Shown here piece by piece: positions 24,792-38,659 of a DNA stretch of 64,000 bases. The DNA is taken from assembly GCA_964016885.1 (NCBI GenBank), contig OZ024740.1, positions 66,216,001 through 66,280,000 on the forward strand, in the 5' to 3' direction. The notes under the pieces are model-generated. The model was not told the origin of the DNA. It saw only the letters and a program-made list of their open reading frames with translations, and made no database searches. This DNA is from Eledone cirrhosa (lineage: Eukaryota). A program made the translations under genes and the position numbers. The first letter of the stretch is position 1. Every line of letters begins with the position of its first letter.

Positions 24792-25639
24792 TCACTGTTT
24801 CAATACCACTTGTATTGGATTGCGCTTCAGTTAATTATAATTTTATAATATATCTAGATTATTAGGCAGAGATTGATTTCAACGGCAATCGAATATTTTA
24901 GTTCATTACAAATTTATATGGTTAAATTAATTTAATTTAATTTAACTCATTTTATATTATGACATTGTTTTATTATAAGGTAAGATATTCTATTTAGCAT
25001 TATATTGCAACATAAAAACAATTTATCTTTAATGCTTATTAAATAACTATTAAATATGTATTAAGATATATTAAAAATGCATATATCCACATCAATATAA
25101 AATATATTTTGTTCATTTATCATCTAAATTAATTCAAAATTTCACTTTATGTGAAGCTTTATTATTTTTAATTTTCATTTATTTTTTTAAATCTAACTAT
25201 GGTCATGTTTACTCTCCATAAACCTTATTTCACTTAATGAAGGGTTATATTTATATTTACTTCAATACTTACTTATTCTAATATATATAGTTTAAGTTTA
25301 ATGATAGTCTATGTATTATTAACCTATTAATTATTATTTATTAATCTATATTTAATTTGCAAGCTAATAAAATTTACGGACAATGTAAACAAAAGGAAGA
25401 TAACTCTTTTACAATGTAAAAAACATTTTTTAACTTAGAGGGAATAGCTTTACTCTCGTCTAGCGATTTTTAAAGATCCTCAACATATCTAATGTATATA
25501 TCTTAATTGATGTCTAATTAAATAGTGAGCTATCCTAATCAATTCTTAGGATTAAAAAAACTTTCAATGAGGTTATGTTATTTTATATAACTAAATATAG
25601 ATTCAATTAGGCAGAATTGACATATATTCAAGGTATTAT

Positions 25640-26355
25640 TTGTCCTTATTTTTTTGGAACTGGTTATAGCCTGGAAAGTGTTACTAATTTTATGATGACA
25701 ACTACTAAATTATTTTTGTTGATTAAAATGTCATAGTTTGTGCTCATGTGAAGGATTTCCTCATTGCAAAGATGGCAACATTCTGAGATTGCAGAGCCCC
25801 GATAATTTTCTCCAAGAGATGGAGTATTTAATGTCTTTTAAAGACCATACTAATTGTGAAAGTGAATTTGAAAATTTTTTTATCAGGTCTATTAATAGTT
25901 TTCTTGTGATTATACCAACGGCCTTTAAATTTAGATGAAGTGGCACCTATGCAATTATATACATTACCATTTGCCTTAATGGTACATTTATATACACGGT
26001 TTTTATCAACGCAATTATTTTGAAATGGGCATTCGGACCTGTTTCTACAATTACAATTATTCTCATTGTTATTTAAAGGTACTATACCATTCGCATTGCT
26101 ATTTAATGGCATTATACTATTATTCATGTTTAGACTATTATTATTGTTATTTCTATGAATTAATATATTATTAATATTAATATTGCTTAGTAGAGGTTGG
26201 TTTGATTTTAGATTCTTATTATTTATTTTTGCTACATTTTGAGGTATAATCATAGTAGTTGAGTAAGAGTGCTTAACTGTATGTCTATTGAAGATAGGGT
26301 AATATGTATGAGATCTAGGGAAACATTTATCTAATGCTTTAAACAATTCCGTATG
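25640..26355 (-). mobile_element. Penelope-like element fragment (Cys-rich linker plus GIY-YIG)
   Basis: IFNRHTVKHSYS, CNCRNRSECPFQNNC, VYKC..CIGATSSKFKGRWYNH. Frameshifted. Confidence 0.85.
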
Positions 26356-26460
26356 GATGAAAGGCAAAGTTTACCTCTGCGGGATTTGAACTCAGATCGT
26401 AAGGGACGTAACTATGCGCGAAAGCATGTCCGCTCCTCTACCGATACTGCCAATTCACCT
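26356..26460 (-). mobile_element. SINE 5' half
   Basis: ggatgaaaggcaaagtttacctctgcgggatttgaactcag matches the SINE at 2583-2770. Confidence 0.8.
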
Positions 26461-26544
26461 AAAGGATAAGTGTCCTACAAGTGTCTTAATACCTAAGGAT
26501 GCTGGCGGTGCATACCAAAATATGTTTATATATATATATATATA

Positions 26545-26707
<163 letters not shown>

Positions 26708-26715
26708 TATATCTG

Positions 26716-27010
26716 TCACGTGATTGATTCTTTTTGAATTTGCCACAGACGTAGAGGCAGTGATTTTCTCAATGGCTAGGATTTCAGTCCACGCTTCGCT
26801 ATTTCCTCTCCACTGAATTATTTTTTTAATAACTTTGCAGAGTCCTCGCTATGCCTGGAAACTTACATGAAAAAAGACTTTCCTAACGACGGAATGTTCT
26901 TCGGAAAATATATTTACTCCATTCCAGAAAGTAATTAGTTGGAAGTGATATTTTAGTAAGTAAGTCAATTTTATAATTTTTTTATAATTTTATAATTTTC
27001 TTATCTTACG

Positions 27011-27016
<6 letters not shown>
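26716..27016 (+). mobile_element. Diverged family B fragment with decayed HHR (26877-26946)
   Basis: Collinear with 21968-22290. CTAACGA-c ggaatg...cattcc a-GAAAG taatta GTT-ggaag. Confidence 0.7.
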
Positions 27017-27076
<60 letters not shown>

Positions 27077-27216
27077 CGGCGATGAATTAGTTTAGCGAGG
27101 TTTAGTAAGTTAGATTACCGATATAAAAGACAGCGAGAAGCGAAAACCAACCAAACAGTGAGTGTGTTCTGTTATTAATTCTGGCAATATTACACAAATA
27201 TGACCCTCCCCCCAAG

Positions 27217-27284
<68 letters not shown>

Positions 27285-27302
27285 TATATATATATGTATA
27301 TA

Positions 27303-27463
<161 letters not shown>

Positions 27464-27466
27464 TTA

Positions 27467-27503
<37 letters not shown>

Positions 27504-27556
27504 GTGTGTGCGTGTGTGTTTGTATATATATATATATATATTATATATATATATAT

Positions 27557-27625
27557 GAACTGAGGATCCGCTAGGGTGAAACAATTGTTCTTGGTATGGT
27601 GAACTAACTGTTGTGCGTCCACTTC
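27557..27625 (+). ncRNA. HHR-like fragment (family F), decayed inverted copy at 28008-28075
   Basis: CTGAGGA-tcc gctag ggt-GAAAC aatt GTT with palindrome AACAATTGTT. The 5' strand of stem I is lost at the (TA)n junction. Confidence 0.5.
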
Positions 27626-27645
27626 TATATATATATATATTTTTT

Positions 27646-27992
27646 CTTTGGATAAACAAAATATTTATACATATTGTATGAAGCTATGCTTAAAGCGAAA
27701 TACTATATCTTTTTTGTTATAAGTTGAGCCAACTTATGCAGCTTCATATGCAAATGTGATTAATCACCTCATTTACGAGAAAAGTATATATTCTCAGCTG
27801 TCTTCTAGTCCAGCAGTCGCAAGCGGTGGGAGTGACCGTCCTGACGAAGGCCAGTTAAGCCTGAAATGCTTAGACGGTTGTCCCCCTTGCTTCTGCTGGA
27901 CATCACCAGAGGGCGTTAGCCCCCCGGTATTTGCATAGCTACGGCTTCCTAAAACTGTATTTCTTTGGAGATACAAAATATTTATACATTAT
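27646..27992 (+). mobile_element. Retrozyme-like monomer (about 317-bp period, family E)
   Basis: Terminal direct repeat caaaatatttatacat at about 27657 and 27974. Homologous to 34722-35212. Central HHR. Confidence 0.75.
27834..27879 (+). ncRNA. Minimal type I hammerhead ribozyme, intact core (family E)
   Basis: accgtc-CTGACGA-aggc cagttaa gcct-GAAA tgct T-A-gacggt. 6-bp stem I, 4-bp stem II. Confidence 0.82.
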
Positions 27993-28408
27993 TTATATAT
28001 ATATAAGTGGCTACACAACAGTTAGTTCACCATACCGCGAACAATTGTTTCAACTTAACGGAACCTTAGCTCGTAATGGACATGATTAAACGGAATGGAA
28101 AGGACAACCGCACGAACGCGCATGCAGAGAAACGGTCACTTCACTCAGGCAATACTAAATTGCGTGCGAGAGGTGTAAAGAAGATAACTGTGAAAGTCCG
28201 AAAGGTTTTAGTGATAATAAAATTAGGATGTTGTTGTAATTCAACCCGGACTTTTCTAGTTATGTAAGAGATGTTTCCAGACGTGTGGACAACGTGTGAA
28301 GAATTCAATCTTGGTTAAGGCAATCGCTATTGCGTAATCTCCTTAGAATATTTATTCTTTCATCAATACACAGTCGTCATATATATATATATATATATAT
28401 ATCAGGGG

Positions 28409-28453
28409 TTCCTGATGATTTCTCCCGAACGAAACAGTTCTAGTCCCGTAGAA
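28409..28453 (+). ncRNA. Type I hammerhead ribozyme (family C)
   Basis: ttc-CTGATGA-tttc tccc gaac-GAA ACAG ttctagtc CCGT-A-gaa. Intact core, one stem III mismatch. Confidence 0.68.
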
Positions 28454-28624
28454 GAGGTTGTATATTAAATATTTATACTCTGCTTTGTATTGAGTACCTT
28501 ACATACTGCGTTTAATCCCGATAAACCTGAGATAAATTATTTTTAAGCGAAAATGTTCTTTAAAAAACATCTTGAAGCGAACCTGACAGAAAGGGGCACG
28601 GCTGGTATAGTATTATAGAAATAT

Positions 28625-29480
28625 ATGGAGTGCGTCAGAAAGATAACATGATTTAGTGTGTAGTGTGACCTATGGATAGGATAAGCATCAGCAGGTTGCG
28701 TCATCGTGTGACGCAATATACGGGATATATATAAATTAAATATGAGCTCGCACAGCCATTGTGTTGTTTTTCACAAGCATTTGTCATCAGCTATTCAGTT
28801 TTAGGCAATCAAGCAATGGTAAAAATGCAAAGAACCAATCTGACGGGATTTTGAGTGATACGAAAGTCTCAAAGAGGGACGCGGAGACGAGCAAGCCGAT
28901 GCCAGAAGCGGAAGTCCTTCAACGAGCAGCACAGTTGCCAACATTGCGGTGTGAGGAACGTGATGCGTGGCGACTGGCTGACTATTGGACTAATTGAAAG
29001 TGAGCAGGGTATGAACCGGGACAACGTTTGAAAGATTATCATCGAATATTTGGGCATGCGAATGATCTGCGCAAATATGGTGCCAAAGCTGCTAAACGAG
29101 GATTTGGACGAGTGTCGCCAGCAGATGTGTCAGGACTACCTCGAACGTCTTGAAACCAAAGACGTCGAGGCCGTAGACAGCAAGACATTTGAAGTTCAAT
29201 GTCAAACATATGTTGATCGCTTTCTTCGAAGTGAGGAGCATTGCTACATAAAGTTATTTCCACAGGGCTAGACGATCAACCAGCATGTTTACCAACAGAT
29301 ACTAATGCATTTGCTTCATTCAGTGCGTGGAAAGCGGCGAGATTTGAGGCAGGACACCTCGTAGGTTCTTAATCACGAAAACGCACCGGCTCACAATGCC
29401 ATGAGCATCGGGCAGTTTCTGACCAATATGAACAATACCTTGCTTGAGCAAGCTCCCCACACACACGCACTGGGATGCTG
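28625..29480 (+). mobile_element. Decayed mariner (DD34D-type) transposon remnant
   Basis: LGMRMICANMVPKLL (compare LGMRKxxAxWVPxxL) and HENAPAH (compare HDNAPAH). Internally deleted. Confidence 0.75.
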
Positions 29481-31899
29481 TGTGTGTGATAAAACAGAGA
29501 CAATAATGTTCATTCATTTAACGTTTATCATAGTTGTGATTAGCTTTCTATTTAAGACGGAAACCTCAGCTTGAGCCCCACTCTTCCGTTATTTTCTTTT
29601 CTTTGTCTTCTTTCGTAGTTCTATCACTTCTGTTTGTTTTATCATGCATACATCATACCAGAAAGATTTATTTTTCTGGTGCACGATCCGGCTGTTTAAA
29701 ATCATACTCTCTATTAAATTTTGCGAAACCATTTTCCTGGTTTGAGAGCTGATGAGTGCGAAGATGTCTGTGTGAACCTCTCTTGTACCTCATGTATTAT
29801 CTCTATGCCGACCGCTGGCCGCTGATCTCTCTCATCTGAGATATTCTTGTCCATCGCTGTCTTTGACATAATCTGGCCCTTATAAACGTCTCCTCTAGCG
29901 ACGGGCTATCTCATTTCTATGAAATCATATGTGCCCGCTTTTTTTCAATCAGAATACAATGTTTGTTCAATTAAATTTATGATAACTATGATTATCTTTC
30001 TATTTAGAAGAGACACCCCATCTTGATGCCCATTATCTTTGTATTTTCTTGTGTTTCATCCTTCTATATATTTTCAGGTTGTGCTCTCGCTTCGTCTCAG
30101 TCAGAGATAACAATGTTTATTCATTTAAAATTACTATAGCTATAATGTGTAACACATATCTATGGCCTTATTCTGTTGTATTCAAATTGATTTTCATCTC
30201 CATGGTACACATTTTGCTGAGGTCAACGCCTATGTATCTCCCTTCCTCCACATCCATATCATAAACATGGTTCTCTTCCTAACCATCATTATCACGAAAG
30301 AAATTTCTTTTTAAGAATATTTAGAAATTGGTTTTACAAATTTTGAAGTTTGGGGAAATCTGTTAATGTGGATTGAGCATCCATGGCGAGTTAGCTTCAT
30401 ATTAAAATTGTGTATGTGTGTGTGTGTATATATATATATATATGTGTGTGTGTATATGTGTGTATGTGTGTATGTGTGTTTCTGCGTGTGTCTGTATGTG
30501 TGTGTGTGCGTGCCTGTGTATGTGTGTATGTATATACAAACATGCACGTGCATGTTTGGCCGTACTAAATGTCATTACCCCTTTCTACCCTGTTTGACGA
30601 CGATTTTATCAACATATCTATCAACTGTAAAATGTCTGGTTTTTGAGCATTTGTTGATATACGTCACACAATAATTTACAGCTCATATATATTTTATGAA
30701 ATCCCCATGACAATAAAATATCACGAAACTGTGAAATGTCATTAGCATACTTTTAGTATTACTGACATATTGATTCCTTATATACTTTGTCATATTTTAT
30801 GCATATATTTTGGCTAATTCCAATATGTTCCATCACTATTTATTTATTTGTATGATATTAGTCTTGCAGTAATTTTCCGTGTTAGTGGTCATCAACTGTG
30901 ATGATGCTGGGTGCCTTGGCTTCACTGATTTAATTCTCTCATATTAACACAATTATTTATTTCTACTTCGTATGTATTATATTTCCCACTATTCTTCACA
31001 CCGACAACATTACCCTCAGGACGTTTGTTATCAGAGACATTTCCCAGTGTGCTGCCTATCATCGAACTCAGAACCACCTGGTTGAAAAGCGATCACAGTA
31101 ATGATTATAAAGTTGTATGTTTTATTTCCTAATCATAATGCATTACTGGCATGCAATGTCTAGTTTTTGTGTCGATCATATGGAAGATAAGAGAGAGAAA
31201 TTTGATATCTACTTCAGTAATAGAAACAATATAATCATAGAAGGAACGAGAGAGAATGAGAGGGAGAGAGGGATCTAGTGGAAGAGAAGAAGACAGATGG
31301 AGGGAGAGTGTGTATATGTGTATGAGAGAGTGGGAAAGAGTGAGGAGGGGTAATTTTTGATCTCTGAAACATTTAAATCAATTATAGCCTGTGTGGTAAG
31401 CGTGTGGCCTTTGAGTACTTTTACCAAGCATTGTGAAATATTTCTCTGAGCAACTATTCTTCATAACGCTTGCATTGCTACGTAAGACATACAATGCATT
31501 GGCTATAATTCTATGTGATTCATTTATATCCCGCTCTGAATCCTCTGCTGCAATTATGAATATAATTGCCAGTATAAAATATATTTTTCCATACAATAAA
31601 ATGTTCTAATTTATATTGCATGGATTTGTGATCTTATAAAGATCTAATCATAATAATTGTACTTAGACAAACTTTCTTATATATATATGTTCTAGTTTTA
31701 TGAATATAATTAGTAGCACGAACAATTCGATGAAATGTTTGTATACATTAAATGCTGTAGTGGTTCAGAATCTATAATTCATCATTATTTCAATTGAGTC
31801 AATAGTGTAGAAAAGTTTATAACTTTGCCTATTAATCCGTATGTTGAGCAAATCGGTACCACGTACTGGCATCCCCACATCCAAAGCAAACAGGATGAA

Positions 31900-33860
31900 G
31901 ACTGGTAAGGGATATGCGCTGGAAGAGCCATTCCAACTCGTGAGGTTCACACCTGCGTATCGACAGCACAACACCTATGGTGGTGAATAGGGAGATAGCG
32001 CTGGCGCCAAGGACACCAGAAGTCTCCACTGCCAAGGGCACGACCACGAACCTGTCGGAGAGCGACCGGTACTTGGAGGGATTGTCCTCCTCAGCCCGAC
32101 GTGCAACAGTACATGCGTTAGTGGGCAGACTGCACCAGTTGGCGGCTGGAGAAAATGTCACGAAAAGTGGCATGCCAAAGCGGAACGGGATGATCGTCAT
32201 AATGTCTGACCTTTTGCCATCCCCTCGGTCCAGCCCCACCGGCTGAAGCTGGGAGGGGAAGCCTGCAGCATCCAAGCCATGCTTAATGACCTCGTTGAGG
32301 GCAGCATGGTCTGGAAGACGGCCGGCAGTGTGGCGACAGGAAAGCGGGTGGAGACCGAAAGAGTCCACTGTGGATCCGCAGCGACATTTATGTGGCTCGC
32401 AAATCCGGAGTCCAAGCCTCAAGGAAACACCAATGCGCAGGCTATCGTTATTCAGCTGCGTGTCAGTGGAGAAGGAGGGCTAGGAACCAGACCGCCCGAA
32501 AACAGGCAAGGCGCTGCTGGTCGAGCTGGTTGTGAGCCTGTCTGAGGCCAGGCTGCACTGGATGGCATCCCATACGCTTTGGGTGGATTTGACATCAGCA
32601 GGGGGAAAAGGAGGAGGGATGTCTACTGCGCTGAGTACCAGCCTGTCCAAAGTCTCACAGGTGATCTCACGTTCCCTGAACACAGAGGGTCTATTATGTT
32701 TTGGAGAAACCTGCTGAAGAGGACGCGGCATGAGGTTACAAAATCAAAGAAACCCCGGCAAAGCCACCGACATCGGAGACGGAGGCCAAGGCCGTCATAT
32801 CTGACAGGGAGAGAGGCCTGTTGCCATCCAATGACGTCAAACCTGACGTTGCATATCTCCTTAGCTGCCGCTCGGATACAAGTATCGAGGTCAGCGAGGA
32901 GTGATTCGTGACTGTAGCACGGAGCGCTACGAAGGGTGTAGAGGAAGTTCGGCATGGCGAAGCAGTTCATCAACAGGAAGAGAGCTGCGTGGCCGTTGAT
33001 CAAACCCAGTCGGTCCCTGAGGGTCTGGAGTTGTTGGAGCCTAGACCTGAGGGTAGAGCGGAAGGCTAGTTAGTAGATCGGTGACGCGAGGATGAGGACA
33101 TCCTCTTTAGGGGTCACCTTTACCTGGGGGAGAACGGACCGCACGTGCGAGACGGAGGCTGCAAAGCTCTCAGCATCATGTCTGACATTCACCACCTCTG
33201 ACTTGGAGGATTTGACCTGGAGATCGATTTCAGCCAGGGCAGGGACCACTGATTGAAGGTCCTGGCAGCAGACAGTCTCCACGGGCCCGCCCAGCGTAGC
33301 ATCATCCAGGTACCAAATGTTAAGAGGGGCTCTGATATTCCGGGCAATGTTGTCTATACCAAGGGCAAACAGGGGGTGGCCCAAAGGGTCACCTTGTTGA
33401 ACCCCAGTGGCAGAATGTATGGCCGTATCAGCGGCAAGGAGCATGCTCGGGACTCCATATGACAAGTAGGCCATCGGGCAGGCGGAGGGGGCTCGGCTGG
33501 GTCAGGCATCGAGCAGATGGTCCCGGCATATGCAGTTAAATGCATTCCTCATGTCAAGGTTGACAATGAGGTGCCTAGAGTCCCTGGATGCCGGTTCCGG
33601 TGGGCAGCTATTGAAAAACTGCCTGGTTGCATGTGCGGCCCCTTACGAGCCACCGGACACACCAACACCCAGTTGCTCCGGACTGAACTCCTCACCCAGT
33701 TCAGGTGTTATGGACCTGCAGACCACTTTAGCAGCCAGCCACCGGAAGACACTGCCAGCAGCGATGGGGCGTATGCCACCCTCTTTCTTCCTGAGAGCGG
33801 TCAGGCTAACCGAAAAAGCGAGATCTCGGGCGTGAGGATCCAGGGCACGATGGATAAGCC
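31900..33860 (-). mobile_element. CRE-clade non-LTR retrotransposon fragment (RT plus restriction-like endonuclease), frameshifted
   Basis: GVQQGDPLG.PLFAL, WYLDDATLGG, QASLPVRYDGLGLR, CRCG...H.LSC...H..LN, VPLAVETSG. GC-rich island. Confidence 0.85.
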
Positions 33861-34721
33861 TATTAACATTATTAACAAATTACAAATAAAATGCTTATAA
33901 TCAAGTTTAGTTTTATTTGCAAAATCTAGAGTTGTAGAACAAAATTCTTTGTGATACTGGTTCCAACCTCTGACTCTGAGTTTAAATCCATTTGACATCA
34001 GTCTTGCAATTCATCATTGTTGGCTCTTCGAAATAATGTGTCATTACTGTGAGGCGGGCTGCCGAATGATGCACATGGCTGTAATGTCTTAGATTGCTGG
34101 TCTATGTGGCTGGTACGTGGCTTATTCGCTCTGTCTGTCACCGTTTGATAGCATTAAATGTTACATGGGTTCATGTCTTGGAAAACTCTCCCTGGTTTCT
34201 TGATACGTTTTTCAATTGCACAAGTCACCCAAACCCCCCAAATCGTCATGGCTACTGCCATGACCATCTTAAATAAGCAGTTGAAAAACCTATTATGACT
34301 GTTTTTTAACAAATTAATATCAATTTCTCTGGCATTCGATTTATTAAATTGTATATTATTTTAATTTAAATATGTTCATGAGCATTACGTTTTAATCATC
34401 AGTGATTAAAGAGACACACATGTGCAATCACATTCCCACACTCAACCCCTCCACACACATACACACATACACGCACTCACACGCAAACACACACACTTAC
34501 ACATACACTCATACATACAACAGTCGGGCATGTATACCATCCTCCCCTCTCCACGTCACCGATATTATCGAAGGGAAGCCAAAGTTAGATATATATTTGT
34601 ACATGTCATGTCACAACTCACTTTTTCCAGCTTAGTGAATTGGAGCAACGTAAAATAATATTTCGGAATCAAACTCACAATCAGATGATAATGAGCTCCG
34701 GCTTTCTAAGTGGTTATTTAT

Positions 34722-35212
34722 AAGCATACCATATTTCTTTAGAAATGCGAAATTTCAATACATAAACTGTGTAAAGCTAAGCTCGAAGCTAAATTCTAAT
34801 TCTATTATATTATAAGTGGAGCCAACTTATACATCTTCACATGCAAATGGGATTAATCACCTCATTTACACAGACGAGAAAACTATATATTCTCGCTTGT
34901 TTTCAAACTCCAGCAGTTGCAAAAGCGACAGAGATGGTCCTGAAGAGAACCAGTTCAGTTTGAAATACTCATCGACGATTGTTCTCCTTGCTTCTGCTGG
35001 ACACTGACACTTGGCGATAGCCGCTGGTATTTTTACATAGCTACGCCTTTCTAAATATTTATTTATATACATACCGTATTTCTTTAGAAAATGAAATTCC
35101 AATACATATCTGTATACAGCTAGCTGTAAGCTAAATCCCAATTTTATTTTATTATAAATTGAGCCAACTTATAGATCTTCTTATGCAAATGAGATTAATG
35201 ACTTCATTTACA
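34722..35212 (+). mobile_element. Retrozyme-like partial tandem (about 345-bp period, family E)
   Basis: 34725-34870 is repeated at about 35070-35212. Single central HHR. Confidence 0.78.
34934..34979 (+). ncRNA. Minimal type I hammerhead ribozyme, intact core (family E)
   Basis: atggtc-CTGAAGA-gaac cagttca gttt-GAAAT actc AT-C-gacgat. Stem II co-varies with the 27834 copy. Confidence 0.8.
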
Positions 35213-35429
35213 CACCCGCACTTTCAAACATTCGATCGCTAAAGAGAACAACCCTCGGAGGTACACTACTGTTTCACTAAATCCCCCCACCCATGTATAT
35301 GTGAACTTAGATACTTGAGTAGATGAGTGTACATATATGTGTTTAGATGTGTACGTATGTATGCATGTATGTGCCTGTCTGTCTGCCTGTGTGTCTGTGT
35401 ATATATATATGTCAAGTGGCTCTCGAGTG

Positions 35430-36270
35430 CTAGTGGTAACATGTAACCCTGTACAACCTGTCTCATTATCGGGTAACACCACCGATAAGTAAACCTGTAA
35501 CCACACCAAGCTTGCTTGGTTAGAAGTGTGATATTTGGACACGCTGCGGGATGAAATACAAGACCCGGCAAATGGAGGAGGAACTCAGCAGAATCAACAG
35601 CCATCCAAATAGTACTTTTTTCTTCAGTGAAAGGCCCCCAGTTTTTGTCACAATACCTTTTTAAGAAAGCATCCAATGTCGACCAGTTCTCCTTGCGGGT
35701 AATGTTTTCGATGCTCAGAGAGGGGGATTGGCCGGGTGCAAGGCCTTTCCCCACTTAAAAAATCTTTAAAACACAGGCATTGCTTGCTCAGTATCAGTTA
35801 CAGGTTCGTGTGTTCAGCCGTAGTCTAAAAGTACACCATTTTCTGTAATCTGACTAGCTATTATTATACTCTTAGCAGAGTTTGCAGTGTGTGTGTATGT
35901 GTGTATGTGTGTATGTACAACCTGTCCCATGGTCGGGTCGTTGGCGACTAAACTGGCAACCCCACCAAGGTATCTTGGTGAGGAGGGTGACTTTGGACAT
36001 CCTGCAGGATTAAAAACAAAACCTGTCAAAAGGCAAAGGAGCTCTTAAGAGTCAATGGCCATCCAAAATCACCGGGAGAGATGACCCCTTAGCCTTTGTC
36101 AAGGCAGAATTCTAGGAGAAGGAAAACTCTGATATAACACCTGCAACCCTGATGGTTTCCAATGATGTTGACTTGTTCTTCTTTTTGGTAAATATCATCT
36201 TGGTTAAGAGAGTGGGACTGGCTTTGTGCAGTGCCTTTGCTCACTATAAAAGCTTCACGGCACAGGCATT
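35430..36270 (-). repeat. Stacked diverged copies of a repeat, possibly an RTE-type LINE 5' region
   Basis: Recurrent tacaacctgtc, tttggaca..ctgc.ggat.aa.acaa.acc, gccatccaaa and acaggcattgct motifs. The family assignment is tentative. Confidence 0.4.
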
Positions 36271-36339
36271 GCTTTATATCTGGAGAACTCTCTGCACTTG
36301 TCATCACACGGTACCATGGACCCAGCACTATGTGTCAAT

Positions 36340-36482
36340 ACTTGTCACAAGTGTAGTGTTTGTACCAGAGTTTTCAAGTTGCTGGCTGGACTAAAAAGTC
36401 ACACTCGTTCAGCGCATCGGTAGGGGTTCTCCTACATGGATATAAAGTAGTGGCCGTACTCGAAAACGAGTTGGCAGCCACT
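36340..36482 (+). mobile_element. RTE/BovB-like LINE 3' end fragment
   Basis: HKCSVCTRVFKLLAGLKSHTRSAHR-stop (C-terminal C2H2 motif), then a short 3' hairpin and (TA)n. Confidence 0.55.
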
Positions 36483-37297
36483 ATATATATATATGGGCTC
36501 TAAGTATCTTTCCATGTAGGGAAATAGATATGTGAGCTAGCATGATTCCCCACACTTCCCCTCCCAAACCAACATCAACAACATACGTTTCTACCAACAA
36601 AACATTCCAAAACTAACCTTATTTTTCTCTTTGCTGTAATCCAATTTCTATCAAAAGACATGTATCTTACAAATTACCCCCCCCCCACACACACACATCC
36701 AGACACACGCATCAGACACAGACCCAAATTCATCTTTAATATAGAAAATTGTCGAAGTTATTCTTCATAAATTTAAGATAGTTGATTTAGCTAGAGAAAA
36801 GAATTTGAAAAACAACTGGCTATTGTATTCAGCAAAGGTCGTTTATTGAAATGGAACCAGCAAGAGGGCACTGTAACAACCCCTCTCTAAAACACGTATA
36901 AACACTCCAACACCTCCCAACTCCATTCCTAATCAATTATCTTGCTCTTACAATTCACTACTTTCTGTATATATATAATTCCTCTAAATCTTCACCAGCA
37001 CTCCTTCACTAGCACAATCATTAACCTCTACACCCCACCCCCAGACACACCCAAATCTGTTATATATAGAGTCACACATTACAATACAACCTGAGATCAG
37101 TTTGTCATTCACCACCGACGGATGTGAGAAAGTTCTCCAGGAAACTTAACCAGGAATCTTTTAAAAATCTCCCTACCGAAATTAACAAAAAACTTACTAG
37201 ATCTACCAAACCAAAATATAAAATTATAATATCATAATATAAAATTAAATAAAATAATTAAATAGTTCAGAACTACAAGTGAAATTATTCTTTTCTT

Positions 37298-37438
<141 letters not shown>

Positions 37439-37462
37439 TACATTTATATTTCGCTCTATATA

Positions 37463-38659
37463 CAGGATGCGGACAGTATTTGAGGACACATGCATTTTTA
37501 GTCATTATTTTATTTGACTAATTATCATTGAACTACCATTTCAGAAAATAATAAAAATAACTATGCTTACTAATGAAATGAAAAGGCATGCTGTGTTTGT
37601 GACTTTGAAGGCTAAACATGGTGATTTAGAAATTTCACTTTTTTTCCTGTATCAAAAGGTAAAAAACATTTCAAACGCTGATTCTATCAGGACACCTGAA
37701 TTTATTCAGGAAGTTAAGCAAAACATTGATGACAATCCAGGAAAATCAATGAGATCAATTGCAAAAAAATTTGGCGTGTCAGAAAAACAATCAGAAATGG
37801 TGTGATGAAGACATCAGATACAAATCTTACGTGATGAGGAGAGGTCAATTCATGTCAGAAAAAGCATATAAAACCGTTTAATCCAATCCAAAAGACTTTT
37901 GAACAAACTTAAAAATCTATCAGAAGATGGTGTGATTTGGTTTTTCTCAGTTGAGAAAAACTTTGACCAGGACCAGAAAACGAACAGAAGAAATGACAGC
38001 TGGCTATGTGCAGACCCTTCTGAGGTTCCAAGTAATGCACACAAAGTTTCCTGCAAGTGTCATGGTTTTGGGTGTTGTTAGCAATGAAGGACATGTGATG
38101 TCTCCTCACTTTTTCCCACAAGACGTTAATGTGAATGTTGCTGCGTATATTGAGGGTCTGGATAAGGTTGTTAAGCCTTGGATCAACAGTGTATACAATG
38201 GAAGGCTTTATGTCTTTCAACAAGATTCTGTACCATCACACAAGGCTCAAATGACACAAGAATGGATGGCCGACAATTTGCATGATCACATCACCTCCAA
38301 CATTTGGCCTCCTAATTCTCTAGATCTCAATCCACTGGAGTACTATGAATGGAGCATCGTTGAGAAAAATGTCAATGAACACCCCCCCCCCCCCCATAGC
38401 ACTAAATATTCTTCGAAAGCCCCATAGTTCGGGTCAACTCCGATATGAACACGAACAACTTCATCGAAGCTTGTAAAGTATTTCGACCCCGCGTAGACCT
38501 AGTTATTGATGCTTTTGGTGGTTTAATTAAATGAAATTATTAAATTGATAATTTACCTTTATGTTTATGTTATTTTTATAGGAATACAGTTTGTTTCTGT
38601 TATTATATAACCTTTTTTTATAAACCATAAATCTGTCCTCAAATACCGTCCGCACGCTG
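37463..38659 (+). mobile_element. Tc1/mariner maT (DD37D) transposon, full length but mutated
   Basis: 26-bp imperfect TIRs CAGGATGCGGACAGTATTTGAGGACA, TA TSDs. FQQD-37 aa-E within WPPNSLDLNPLEY. First D mutated (FSVEK). Frameshifts. Confidence 0.9.

Noticed and set aside
29734-29765. GAAACCA..TGGTT followed by CTGATGA
   Set aside because: Only 6 nt separate the triplet and the core, so stem I cannot form. No second copy supports it.
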